From an uncultured Candidatus Peribacteria bacterium (lineage in GTDB: Bacteria > Patescibacteriota > Gracilibacteria > UM-FILTER-43-11), in NCBI GenBank assembly GCA_964458485.1, contig CAYWJA010000004.1:2231-66230 (forward strand): a DNA stretch of 64,000 bases, in the 5' to 3' direction. Below, in pieces: positions 42,894 through 51,800 of the stretch (position 1 is its first letter; every line of letters starts with the position of its first letter). The translations under genes and the position numbers were made by a program. The notes beneath the pieces were generated by a model. That model made no database searches. It saw only the letters and a program-made list of their open reading frames with translations, and was not told the origin of the DNA.

Positions 42894-43904
42894 CTATTCG
42901 TTAATTGATTTAGATAAAAGCTCCATCATATCCACAAGCCTACAAGCATACCCCCACTCATTATCGTACCAGGTAATTAGCTTAACATAGCGGTCATCCA
43001 AAACCTTAGTTAATTGTGTGTCTATAATGCTGGAATGGGGATTGGTCTTGAAGTCAATTGATACCAATGGATCATCGCAGTAGTCAATAATAGGTTCATA
43101 GTATTCTTCTCTGCATTTTTTCCTAAAAAAATCATTAAGCTCATCTTCGCTTACACTATTTTCCAGATGAAGTACAATATCGCAAACTGAACTAGTCGCT
43201 ATTGGTACTCTGTAAGCCATACCATCTAACTTTCCCTTTAGTGCAGGAATTATTTTTGCAGTAGCCTTAATAGCACCAGTAGTTGTTGGGATTACAGACT
43301 GAACAGCACTGCGGCATCGACGCAAATCTCTGCCAGAATTATCTAGAAGATTCTGAGAATGTGTAAATGAATGAATGGAAGAAACAGAGGCATTTAAAAT
43401 ACCCCATTTTTCATGCACTAGTTTAATAGGCGGAGCAATACAGTTGGTCGTACAACTTGCATTAGAAATTACTTTATATTCTGATTTTAAATCTTTTTCA
43501 TTTACCCCAATAACGAAAGTTGGTGTGTCATCTTTCATTGGTGCAGAAACGAGAACTTTTTTTACACCACCTTCCAGATGTCGGCTGGCTATGTCGTAAG
43601 TTTTTGCTTTACCGGTACACTCCAAGACAATATCCACATCATAATCGCTCCATGGAATTTCACGTGCGTCTTTGATTGCAAAACAATGTACATTTTTACC
43701 ATCCACTAGAATCCCTTCACCATTTTTCTTAACTTCATTTTTAATATTGCCATGCAGAGAGTCATATTTTAAAAGATGTGCCCGCATTTTTCTGTCTTCT
43801 GACCTAGCATTAATTGCAACCACTTCCATATCTGGACGGTTTAGGAGTATGCGATGGACAATACGTCCGATTCGGCCGTAGCCGTTTAGGCCTACTTTGA
43901 TCAT
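42894..43904 (-). CDS. gap: Glyceraldehyde-3-phosphate dehydrogenase, type I (copy 2)
   Basis: 336 aa with NGYGRIGR and SNASCTTNCIAP. It is clearly diverged from the copy at 6959-7963. Confidence 0.9.
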   Translation of the reverse strand: MIKVGLNGYGRIGRIVHRILLNRPDMEVVAINARSEDRKMRAHLLKYDSLHGNIKNEVKKNGEGILVDGKNVHCFAIKDAREIPWSDYDVDIVLECTGKAKTYDIASRHLEGGVKKVLVSAPMKDDTPTFVIGVNEKDLKSEYKVISNASCTTNCIAPPIKLVHEKWGILNASVSSIHSFTHSQNLLDNSGRDLRRCRSAVQSVIPTTTGAIKATAKIIPALKGKLDGMAYRVPIATSSVCDIVLHLENSVSEDELNDFFRKKCREEYYEPIIDYCDDPLVSIDFKTNPHSSIIDTQLTKVLDDRYVKLITWYDNEWGYACRLVDMMELLSKSINE

Positions 43905-43934
43905 GTTTTAGAGGATTAAATTATATTTTTTACA

Positions 43935-44012
43935 AGTGCTGTCGTCCTTTCGTCCTTTAGTGCTTTCGTCCTAAAATAGGAGAGCACGACAGGACGATAG
44001 CACGATAGCACT
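43935..44012. repeat. Imperfect long hairpin made of 8-nt words (tcgtcctt / agtgct versus aggacga / agcac)
   Basis: The left arm agtgctgtcgtcctttcgtcctttagtgctttcgtcct faces the right arm aggagagcacgacaggacgatagcacgatagcact across the loop aaaat. Confidence 0.8.
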
Positions 44013-44047
44013 AAGGCACTTATAAAAAGTGTTAGTGCAGCAACAAG

Positions 44048-44980
44048 CTAAGACAATGTATTTACGTTACCTAATACGTCAAGCTTATGCATCACCATAT
44101 CCTGAATAGCAGTTCTTGCAGGCCCTAAGTACTTGCGTGGATCGAAATTAGAAGGATTGTCCTTTAGTGCCTTTCGGATAGTGCCGGTAAGAGCAAGTCT
44201 TAAGTCTGTATCAATATTCACTTTGCAAACTCCCATTTTGGCAGCCTTGCTGATCATATCTTCTGGTACACCTTTTGCACCTGGGATATCGCCACCATAT
44301 TGATTACAGAGTTCTACAAATTCAGGAATTACAGTCGATGCCCCATGTAACACAAGTGGATACCCATCAGGTAATTTACTGCTAATTGTTTCGAGCCTTT
44401 CAAAATCTAACTGAGGATCCCCTGTAAATTTAAAAGCGCCATGACTGGTCCCGATCGCAATAGCTAATGAATCTACACCAGTTTTTTCTACGAACTCAGC
44501 TGCTTGATCCGGATCTGTATAAGAGCCTTCTCCTGCAGCAACCTTTACATCATCTTCAACACCCTCCAGTTTACCGAGCTCTGCCTCAACAACTACACCA
44601 TGTTCATGGGCATAGTCGACGACCTGTTTGGTAAGCGCTATATTTCCTTCAAAATCATGATGTGAGCCATCTATCATTACAGATGTAAACCCGCCATCTA
44701 CACATTGTTTACATATTTCAAAATCCGCCCCATGATCTAAATGCATTGCAATTGGAATTTCCGGACATTCCTCTACAGCAGCTTCGATCAACTTACGTAA
44801 ATAAATCGGATTTGCATAATTACGAGCTCCTTTAGAAACCTGTAAAATTACAGCACATTTCTTATCCGCCACTCCGGCTATAATGCCCTGTATAAGCTCC
44901 ATATTATTTACATTAAAAGCACCGATGGCATAACCGCCCTCGCATGCTTTTTTGAACATTTCAGTTGTTGTTACTAGCAT
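44048..44980 (-). CDS. fba: Fructose-bisphosphate aldolase, class II
   Basis: 310 aa. GAFNVNN, HLDHG and the overall class-II FBA layout are present. Confidence 0.95.
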   Translation of the reverse strand: MLVTTTEMFKKACEGGYAIGAFNVNNMELIQGIIAGVADKKCAVILQVSKGARNYANPIYLRKLIEAAVEECPEIPIAMHLDHGADFEICKQCVDGGFTSVMIDGSHHDFEGNIALTKQVVDYAHEHGVVVEAELGKLEGVEDDVKVAAGEGSYTDPDQAAEFVEKTGVDSLAIAIGTSHGAFKFTGDPQLDFERLETISSKLPDGYPLVLHGASTVIPEFVELCNQYGGDIPGAKGVPEDMISKAAKMGVCKVNIDTDLRLALTGTIRKALKDNPSNFDPRKYLGPARTAIQDMVMHKLDVLGNVNTLS

Positions 44981-45074
44981 AATCGTAATTTTAAATTTTA
45001 AGTTTTCAATTTTAAATTACAAAACCCACCACAAAATTAAAATTTGTTATTTATAATTTAAAATTTGTAATTTA

Positions 45075-46127
45075 TCAAAGATTCATTTTTGGTTGATCAT
45101 CATTTACTTCTTCTTTTTTTTCTTCAGGTTTTGCCTCTTCTGCAGGTTCCTCCTCCTTTTTTTCCTCAACAGGAGCTGCTTCAGGTGTAGGAGTTTCCTC
45201 AGTTTTCGGCTCCTCAGCAGGTTCTGCTGGCTTCTCCTCAGCGACAGGTTCCTCTTCCTTCTTTTCTTCTTCAGCCGGTGTTTCCTCTGCCTTTGGCTCT
45301 TCAGTCGGAGTCTCAGCCGGGGCTGTTTCCTCGGCAGGCTTCTCTTCTGCAGGAGCTTCAGCTGGTTTTTCTTCAGCTGGCGGAGCTTCTTCAGTCTTTG
45401 GCTCTTCAGCGGGAGGCTCAGCAGGAGCTTCAGGGGCAGGAGTTTCTTCTATAGGTTTTTCTTCCTCCTTCGGTTCCTCGGCTGATGCAGCAGGTTTTTC
45501 CTCAGCCGGTGGGGTCTCTTCAGCAGGTTTTTCCTCCACCTTTTCAGCAGAAGGAGTTTTTTCTGCTGGCTCCTTATCCTTATCAAAATCAACTTTTACA
45601 TTTTCCTTTTCTTCTTCTTTCTCTATTTCAAAAAATTCTTCAGGCATAAATTTGGCCACTTGAGCTACAAATTTTGCAGGAATTTGTTGGACTTTAGTAT
45701 TGTAATCCTTAACAACGCTATTATAAAAACGGCGTGCTGATTGTATCTTGTCTTCAGTATCAACTAGCTCATTTTGTAATTGTAAGAAATTTTCATTAGC
45801 CTTTAGATCAGGGTAGTTTTCCGCTACCGCAAATAAGGATTTTAAAGCGCCAGCAAGCATATTTTCTGCAGACCCCTGATCCTTAATATTGGTTGCGTTA
45901 ATAGCGTTAGCCCTTGCCTCTGTTACCTTTGTGAATACTTGATCTTCATGAGACGCATAGCCTTTTACAGACTCAACTAAATTTGGTATTAAATTATACC
46001 TGCGCTTTAATTGAACATCTATGTCAGCCCAGGCTTCTTTGACCTGGTTGCGCATTTTTACCATACCGTTGTATGTCCAAAATATATACACAAAAATAGC
46101 TAGTATAATTGCAATGAATAGTGCCAT
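45075..46127 (-). CDS. lemA: LemA family protein with ~170-aa Glu/Pro/Ala/Lys-rich C-terminal tail
   Basis: An N-terminal TM helix and LemA domain (YNGMVKMRNQVKEAWADIDVQLKRRYNLIPNLV) are followed by EEKPAEE-type repeats. Confidence 0.85.
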   Translation of the reverse strand: MALFIAIILAIFVYIFWTYNGMVKMRNQVKEAWADIDVQLKRRYNLIPNLVESVKGYASHEDQVFTKVTEARANAINATNIKDQGSAENMLAGALKSLFAVAENYPDLKANENFLQLQNELVDTEDKIQSARRFYNSVVKDYNTKVQQIPAKFVAQVAKFMPEEFFEIEKEEEKENVKVDFDKDKEPAEKTPSAEKVEEKPAEETPPAEEKPAASAEEPKEEEKPIEETPAPEAPAEPPAEEPKTEEAPPAEEKPAEAPAEEKPAEETAPAETPTEEPKAEETPAEEEKKEEEPVAEEKPAEPAEEPKTEETPTPEAAPVEEKKEEEPAEEAKPEEKKEEVNDDQPKMNL

Positions 46128-46295
46128 ATTATTTTTTGTTAATTATTAATAATTCCATATTAGAATTTGCAGTATTTAATTTACCAAAAAACCACCAAAT
46201 AGACAACATAACTAACTGGCATATAAACAATAAGTCTACTTTTTATAATTTATCTGCTATATTTATTATAGAAATAATACTTAACATTTAAAATT

Positions 46296-47084
46296 ATGGA
46301 TCAAGTAAATTCACTACTATCAATAGTACCATTTGTACCATTTGTAATTGTTTTATTGGTTTTTGTTATTAAACAAATTAATGAATATGAAAGAGGAGTT
46401 ATGTTTACATTGGGTAAGTTCAGTGGACTGAAAGATCCTGGCTGGCGCATAGTTATTCCTGTTTTTCAAAGAATGCACAAAGTAGACCTTCGTGTTAAGG
46501 CTGTAGATGTACCAGATCAGGATGCTATTACAAAAGACAATATTTCAATCCGTATTAACGCAGTAATTTATTATAAAGTAAGTGATGCTGGCAAGGCTAT
46601 CATCCAAGTAGAACATTTTTCCTATGCAGTGAGTCAACTTGCTCAAACTACAATGCGTAATGCAGTTGGTGAAGTCACCTTAGATGAGCTTCTAAAGAAT
46701 CGTGATGAAGTTGCTACTCGTATTTCTACTATCGTAGATAAGGCAACAGATCCATGGGGTATTAAAGTAGATACAGTAGAGTTGAAAGATATTGGATTGC
46801 CAGAAAATATGAAACGTACAATGGCTAAAGAGGCTGAAGCAGAACGTGAAAAACGAGCAGTCATAATAAAAGCGGAAGGAGAGGTCGCAGCTGCTGCGAA
46901 TATGAGTAAAGCTGCAAATATGCTTCATGCAGCTCCAGGCGCATTGCATCTTAGAACCCTACAGTCTGTGAACGACTTATCATCGGATCAGTCCAATACA
47001 ACCATCTGGATGCTACCTGTGGAAATTTTAAGGGCAATGGAAAAGGTAGGGGGTTATATGGAGAAGAAGAGTAAGACTCCTTAA
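46296..47084 (+). CDS. SPFH/band-7 (stomatin-like) protein
   Basis: 262 aa with an N-terminal TM helix and an SPFH domain (INEYERGVMFTLGKF...DLRVKAVDVPDQDAITKDN). Confidence 0.9.
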   Translation: MDQVNSLLSIVPFVPFVIVLLVFVIKQINEYERGVMFTLGKFSGLKDPGWRIVIPVFQRMHKVDLRVKAVDVPDQDAITKDNISIRINAVIYYKVSDAGKAIIQVEHFSYAVSQLAQTTMRNAVGEVTLDELLKNRDEVATRISTIVDKATDPWGIKVDTVELKDIGLPENMKRTMAKEAEAEREKRAVIIKAEGEVAAAANMSKAANMLHAAPGALHLRTLQSVNDLSSDQSNTTIWMLPVEILRAMEKVGGYMEKKSKTP

Positions 47085-47158
47085 TTTCAGATCTCAGATC
47101 TCAGATTCACATTTAGCATTCTGATATTTTTCATTTATAAAGTGTTGTATTATTCATT

Positions 47159-47235
47159 GTCATCCTGAACTTGATGAAATGAAGGGTGTTATACCCTTTG
47201 TCATCCTGCCCCGATTCTATCGGGATCAGAATGAC
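47159..47235. repeat. Nested hairpin element (gtcatcctg repeats)
   Basis: gtcatcctg occurs twice (47159 and 47200). Positions 47200-47235, gtcatcctgccccgattctatcgggatcagaatgac, form a two-tier hairpin (gtcatcctg/cagaatgac outer, cccgat/atcggg inner). Confidence 0.75.
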
Positions 47236-47391
47236 AAACAGAGGATTACTCCTTCTCTATATACAAAATGATAAATGCAGAAATGTAAGATGAAGAATCG
47301 AATCTGAAATCTGAAATATGTAAAAAGTTTTTGACTTTTCACAGTGGGTATGCTATTATTATCTGAATTATTTTTTAGATTTTTTAAAAAT

Positions 47392-47718
47392 ATGAGCACA
47401 ACAACACAATATCCACTTGTAATTGCGAAAACAGCAAAAAATACAATAAAAACAGATATCAAGGTATCGGCTGAGGATATCGAAAAAGCATTACTGTCTG
47501 CAGTAAGAGGATCCGGCAGAGCTTATATTGCAAAAACAACCCTAATAACTGCCATAGTTGATAAAATTAAAGATAGGCTGGGTGGCCGCATAAGAAAAAA
47601 CATTAGAAAATGTTTATCTAATAATGATGGTATAAATATGAATGAGTGGGGAATAGCAAAAGACTCAAGGCTTGCAAAAGCGATAATAAGAGCTGTTAAT
47701 AAATATTTAAAGGATTAA
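47392..47718 (+). CDS. Hypothetical basic protein (108 aa)
   Basis: The first ATG (MSTTTQYPL) follows an A/T-rich context like other starts here. No domain recognised. Confidence 0.45.
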   Translation: MSTTTQYPLVIAKTAKNTIKTDIKVSAEDIEKALLSAVRGSGRAYIAKTTLITAIVDKIKDRLGGRIRKNIRKCLSNNDGINMNEWGIAKDSRLAKAIIRAVNKYLKD

Positions 47719-47719
47719 T

Positions 47720-48682
47720 CTATCTAAACTGATCAGAGCTTGTTTCTCGAATTTTATCTACCTTAAGATTCTCCACCTGCTCCCTAATCCCATCCTCCAA
47801 TCTAACAGTAGGTTTGTAATCAAGTACTTCAGATATTTTTGTTATATCCGCATACTGGCCTTGTACATAATTTTCTTTTACAGGATTTTCAATATGTTCG
47901 GACTCAATGTCTTTGCCAAATGCATCATTTAGCGCATCAACAATCTCTTTAACAGCAGTTCCTTTACCAGTGCCAATATTAAATACATCTGCCCCCAGTT
48001 TTTTATCAGATTCAATAGCAAGCGTAAGTCCTTGTACTACATCGCGCACATTAGTAAAATCGCGAGTTTGTGTTCCGTCACCATAGATCACAGGTGCAAG
48101 GTTACGTGCCATATCCCAGCAGAATTGTGAAATCAAATTGGCATAAATGCCCTTAGCCTCTTCGTTGGGTCCATAAACACTCATAAAACGGAATCCGATT
48201 ATATCCATTTCCGGATATACTTTGTTATAACATTGCGCACAATATTCGTAAGTTCGCTTTGTTACAGAATAATGGTTTATGGGCGTTACATGCTGATCCT
48301 CCAAAAGCGGTAACGGATTATTTCCATAAAGCGACGAAGTTGATGCATAAACTACCTTTTTAGTCCCATTTTTCCGTGCCCAATCAAGCACTGTCACGAA
48401 CGATTGGATAGAGTTAACATATCCATCTACAAATCCATCATCCATGAACATCGGCGCTGATGATGTGCCTGCAAGATGTACTACGAAGTCAACTTTTCCG
48501 ACCTTGTCTAAATCGTCTTTGCTGCATGCATCCCCCTTTATAAATTGGATGTCTGCGTCTAAATTGTTTTTATCACCTAAAAATAAATTATCTAAAGCAA
48601 TAACTTTAAATTTATTTTTATTAATGTTGCAGAAGTTGGAGCCTATAAACCCGGCACCACCTGTTATTAAAACTGTTTGCAT
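47720..48682 (-). CDS. NAD-dependent sugar-nucleotide epimerase/dehydratase (SDR family)
   Basis: TGGAGFIGS Rossmann motif and the YxxxK catalytic pair (YSVTK). 320 aa. Confidence 0.9.
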   Translation of the reverse strand: MQTVLITGGAGFIGSNFCNINKNKFKVIALDNLFLGDKNNLDADIQFIKGDACSKDDLDKVGKVDFVVHLAGTSSAPMFMDDGFVDGYVNSIQSFVTVLDWARKNGTKKVVYASTSSLYGNNPLPLLEDQHVTPINHYSVTKRTYEYCAQCYNKVYPEMDIIGFRFMSVYGPNEEAKGIYANLISQFCWDMARNLAPVIYGDGTQTRDFTNVRDVVQGLTLAIESDKKLGADVFNIGTGKGTAVKEIVDALNDAFGKDIESEHIENPVKENYVQGQYADITKISEVLDYKPTVRLEDGIREQVENLKVDKIRETSSDQFR

Positions 48683-48709
48683 TTTTTATTGTTTAATTAT
48701 GTATATTGG

Positions 48710-48737
48710 GTAGGGGACGCAGATCTGCGTCCCCTAC
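48710..48737. repeat. 28-nt palindrome family, copy 2 (upstream of the epimerase gene)
   Basis: gtaggggacgcagatctgcgtcccctac is a perfect 28-nt palindrome. It begins 27 nt beyond the epimerase ATG (minus strand). Confidence 0.9.
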
Positions 48738-48832
48738 ATTATTACATAACAACAACATGAACCAAAACAATAAAAAACTTTGACATTCAAAATTATTCTT
48801 GTATTCTAGCGCGGCCCTTTAATTAAAAATAT

Positions 48833-49069
48833 ATGAAGAAAAGCCCCTCCAATAACGTAGTACCACCAACAGCTACAACAATAAGCATGCCCATTTCCCT
48901 CGCTTCGGCAGGTTTGGCACAACAAATAGCAAGTGAACTTGGCGGAGAATTATCCATTGTCGATTTGCATTTAAATATTACAACAGGTAAACCTGTTGAA
49001 CTAGCCAATGGCACCAGAACGCATTTAGAGGGTTTATTGGAAGAAGGGTTTAATATAAAATTCCAATAA
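48833..49069 (+). CDS. Possible small hypothetical protein (78 aa)
   Basis: ATG in an A/T-rich context (aaaaatatATG). It is preferred over the overlapping minus-strand ORF 48823-49014. No homology recognised. Confidence 0.35.
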   Translation: MKKSPSNNVVPPTATTISMPISLASAGLAQQIASELGGELSIVDLHLNITTGKPVELANGTRTHLEGLLEEGFNIKFQ

Positions 49070-49091
49070 ATTTACAAAATTATACAAAAGC

Positions 49092-49427
49092 CTACAACCT
49101 TATGATTAATCGTGTCTTTCGCCTACAATCAATACATAATGGAACATATCCAGCTTTTACTAATATCTTATCTACTTCATCCATAACTTCTTCTATTGGT
49201 CCTTTGGCGCCCTGTGTGCGACCAGGTGCTCTGAACCACCAGCTAATTCCTTTTAGGCCATCATTTTTAGGGTATATAGTAGCCACTTCCTCATCTTTTT
49301 CCCCATGTCTTACATAATATACATTTTCTTCTCCATCTCTACACTCCGTCCATGCACCCAAAGTACATGATAAATTCACATCTTCGGAATTCGCTTTATG
49401 TTGATCGGGTTTAGCAGAGAGGGGCAT
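49092..49427 (-). CDS. Hypothetical protein (111 aa)
   Basis: Open frame with an ATG start. No domain recognised. Confidence 0.45.
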   Translation of the reverse strand: MPLSAKPDQHKANSEDVNLSCTLGAWTECRDGEENVYYVRHGEKDEEVATIYPKNDGLKGISWWFRAPGRTQGAKGPIEEVMDEVDKILVKAGYVPLCIDCRRKTRLIIRL

Positions 49428-49552
49428 TTAGTAAGTGTCAAAGGAAGATTTATATTATATATTTTTTACATTTAGTCAAGCAAAGAACATATTGGATAAT
49501 AGCCATAAAATGCATTGATTTGATATAGTCATATTGTAATTACTCAATTTTG

Positions 49553-49588
49553 AATTGAGAAATCGAGTAATTGAGAAATCGAGTAATT
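49553..49588. repeat. 16-nt word aattgagaaatcgagt x2.25 upstream of the ftsQ-like gene
   Basis: Units sit at 49553 and 49569, then aatt. The array is preceded by the small inverted pair ctcaatt/aattgag. Confidence 0.85.
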
Positions 49589-49595
49589 AATATAA

Positions 49596-50660
49596 ATGTT
49601 TTTCAAAAAAAAGAAACCACGTCGGCTTTATTACCCTGCTAAATCCAAATGGTATACACGTCCGCGTAGACGTAAACCTTCCGTTAGGCGTTCAAATAAA
49701 TTATTAAAAAATAGTCTTGGAGGTATTAATAAGGTTCTTAAAAGATTGCCCTACCTCATAGCAGTAGCCGTTGGCCTTTTCCTTTTGGTAATTTCATTAA
49801 TATTTTCTTCATATTTTGCAATCAAAAATATTCAAGTAGTAAGAGAAAACCTTACAATAAATAGTGCAGCTATTGAGAATAAATTAAATAAATATATTGG
49901 AAAAAACATTGTTTTTTTCCCAAGAAGTAAGATTTTTACAACTATTCAAAAAGAATTTCCGGAATTTTCTTCAGTTAAAGTTGGCAAAACTCTCCCGTCT
50001 ACAATAAAAATTCAATTAAAAAGTCATCCTATAGTAGCTAACCTCCGGGCATATCATATTCCTGTTGTGGAAGAAGTTACAAAAGAACAAACAGAGTTTA
50101 ATAAGGCGGTAACAGATTTATTGAATCCACAGGCAACAAAAGAACCCATCCAAAAGGAAAACAAACTTAATACAAAACAGCCTAGTGGTATTTTTGATTT
50201 AACAAAAACAAAGGAGGACGCGAAACCAAAATCAATAGAGCAAAAATCCCTTTTAAATAGTATTGGGCAAGCCATTTTTGATCGCGAAGAAAGCTTGGAG
50301 TATATAACAATTATCATTCGCAATCTACAGATGCCAGTTAAAGATCGAGAGCAAGTGATAAAAAAAAGTCATATGAATTATGTGCTTGATGCGATCAAAT
50401 ATTTTAAGAATACTATGAAATTAGAGGTAGTTGGGGCAGAATATTTAGGGATAGCACGGGAAGTTCACTTGAAAACCAAAAAGAATTTGGTAGTCTGGAT
50501 TAGTATTGAACATGATTATAAAATACAAATAGATAAATTACATACAATATATGAAGCGGCAGAGCTCAATAAAGAAAATTTGAGTTATATTGATTTGCGC
50601 ATTCGTAATAAATTAATTTATTGCCCTCGTGGATTGCGTTGCTCTGTCCTATCCAAGTAG
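49596..50660 (+). CDS. FtsQ/DivIB-like cell-division protein (POTRA-containing)
   Basis: A basic N-terminus and single TM helix are followed by FAIKNIQVVRENLTINSAAIENKLNKYIGKNIVFF...LPSTIKIQLKSH, resembling the FtsQ POTRA domain. The gene neighbours cell-wall genes. Confidence 0.6.
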   Translation: MFFKKKKPRRLYYPAKSKWYTRPRRRKPSVRRSNKLLKNSLGGINKVLKRLPYLIAVAVGLFLLVISLIFSSYFAIKNIQVVRENLTINSAAIENKLNKYIGKNIVFFPRSKIFTTIQKEFPEFSSVKVGKTLPSTIKIQLKSHPIVANLRAYHIPVVEEVTKEQTEFNKAVTDLLNPQATKEPIQKENKLNTKQPSGIFDLTKTKEDAKPKSIEQKSLLNSIGQAIFDREESLEYITIIIRNLQMPVKDREQVIKKSHMNYVLDAIKYFKNTMKLEVVGAEYLGIAREVHLKTKKNLVVWISIEHDYKIQIDKLHTIYEAAELNKENLSYIDLRIRNKLIYCPRGLRCSVLSK

Positions 50661-50662
50661 TT

Positions 50663-50755
50663 ACCAGCTCGCTCCGCTCGCGTTTCCAAATAGTTGCCAA
50701 GTTGCTTACTTGCCACAACAATCTGGTAACAATCTGGTAACAATCTGGTAACAAT
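50663..50755 (+). promoter_or_regulatory. Conserved repeat-built leader, copy C (upstream of the DD-carboxypeptidase gene)
   Basis: accagctcgctccgctcgcgtt matches the reverse complement of the cysS 22-mer at 19/22. The core gtttccaaatagttgccaagttgcttact (50682-50710) follows, then ctggtaacaat x3 (50723-50755) ending at the ATG. Confidence 0.6.
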
Positions 50756-51652
50756 ATGTTAAGAAGCCTAATAAGCCTACTACTCATCGCCGGTATAAAT
50801 ACAGCCCCTATGCAAACAGCTTCAACAGCTGATCAATTTAATATGGAAACACTTTTAGGGGTACAGGCCATACCAATGGCAAAAAGCACATCATCCCAGA
50901 TACAGAGTGACGCAAGAGCAGTGCTTTTAATGGATGCTGGGACAGGAATAGTATTGTATGAAAAAAATGGTTATCAGAGCATGCCAATGGCTAGTCTTAC
51001 GAAAATAATGACTGCGATTTTAATTTTAGAGTCCCACAAGCTTAATGAAGTTGTAACAATATCAGATAACTATGCCAGTATGCCGGAAGGTCAGATAGGC
51101 GTAAGGATATGGCTGCGCAAATATGAAAAAATTACAGTTGAGAACCTGCTAATAGGCTTGCTAGTCCGATCTGGAGGAGATGCTGCATTAGCATTGGCAA
51201 AACATCATAGCGGATCAACAGACGCATTTGTTAAAGAGATGAACACAAGGGCTAAGATACTCAATCTGCAGAATACTAATTTTACAAATCCAATTGGTCT
51301 GGATCATAAAAATCATTATGCGAGTGCATATGATCTATCGATTCTTACAAAATATGCACTGCACAATCCAGCCTTTCGACGCATTGTTAAGATGCCAAGC
51401 GCATCTATTTCATCCACGGATGGTAAAATAACGCATAAATTTGAAGGTACAAATTACCTTCTGTATAACAATGATGGACTGGATATCCAGGGTGTAAAGA
51501 CAGGTACAACTCTTGCGGCCGGTCAATGCCTGATTAATTTGGTGCGTGACGATAATGGGAAGGAGGTCATTGTTGTTGTCTTGGATAGTAAGGCTAGATT
51601 TACCGAAAGTAAGTATCTTATTAAGTGGGTATTAAATAATTTTATTTGGTAA
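50756..51652 (+). CDS. D-alanyl-D-alanine carboxypeptidase (S11, PBP5-like)
   Basis: Signal peptide, SxxK (ASLTK), the SGGDAA region and KTGT. Confidence 0.9.
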   Translation: MLRSLISLLLIAGINTAPMQTASTADQFNMETLLGVQAIPMAKSTSSQIQSDARAVLLMDAGTGIVLYEKNGYQSMPMASLTKIMTAILILESHKLNEVVTISDNYASMPEGQIGVRIWLRKYEKITVENLLIGLLVRSGGDAALALAKHHSGSTDAFVKEMNTRAKILNLQNTNFTNPIGLDHKNHYASAYDLSILTKYALHNPAFRRIVKMPSASISSTDGKITHKFEGTNYLLYNNDGLDIQGVKTGTTLAAGQCLINLVRDDNGKEVIVVVLDSKARFTESKYLIKWVLNNFIW

Positions 51653-51800
51653 TTGTCAATAAAATTATCTTAAAAGAGGTGGTATCATTAACTTTTAGGC
51701 ATTAACTTACAAAACTGCTGAATTCATATTATTTTGCAGTGCTTAAGCACTTATAAAAAGAGTAAAAGCAACTACAACACCTGATAACATCAATTAATCC

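Noticed and set aside
45093-45485. 130-aa plus-strand ORF.
   Set aside because: It is antisense to the LemA repeat tail. The Phe/Leu/Arg/Ser-rich translation is produced by the repeat.
47226-47462. 78-aa minus-strand ORF in the SPFH/47392 spacer.
   Set aside because: It reads through the hairpin element and the start of the plus-strand ORF. The translation is hydrophobic and low-complexity, so it is probably spurious.
48823-49014. 63-aa minus-strand ORF.
   Set aside because: It overlaps the plus-strand ORF 48833-49069, which has the A/T-rich start context typical here. Neither has homology support, so only the plus-strand one is kept, at low confidence.
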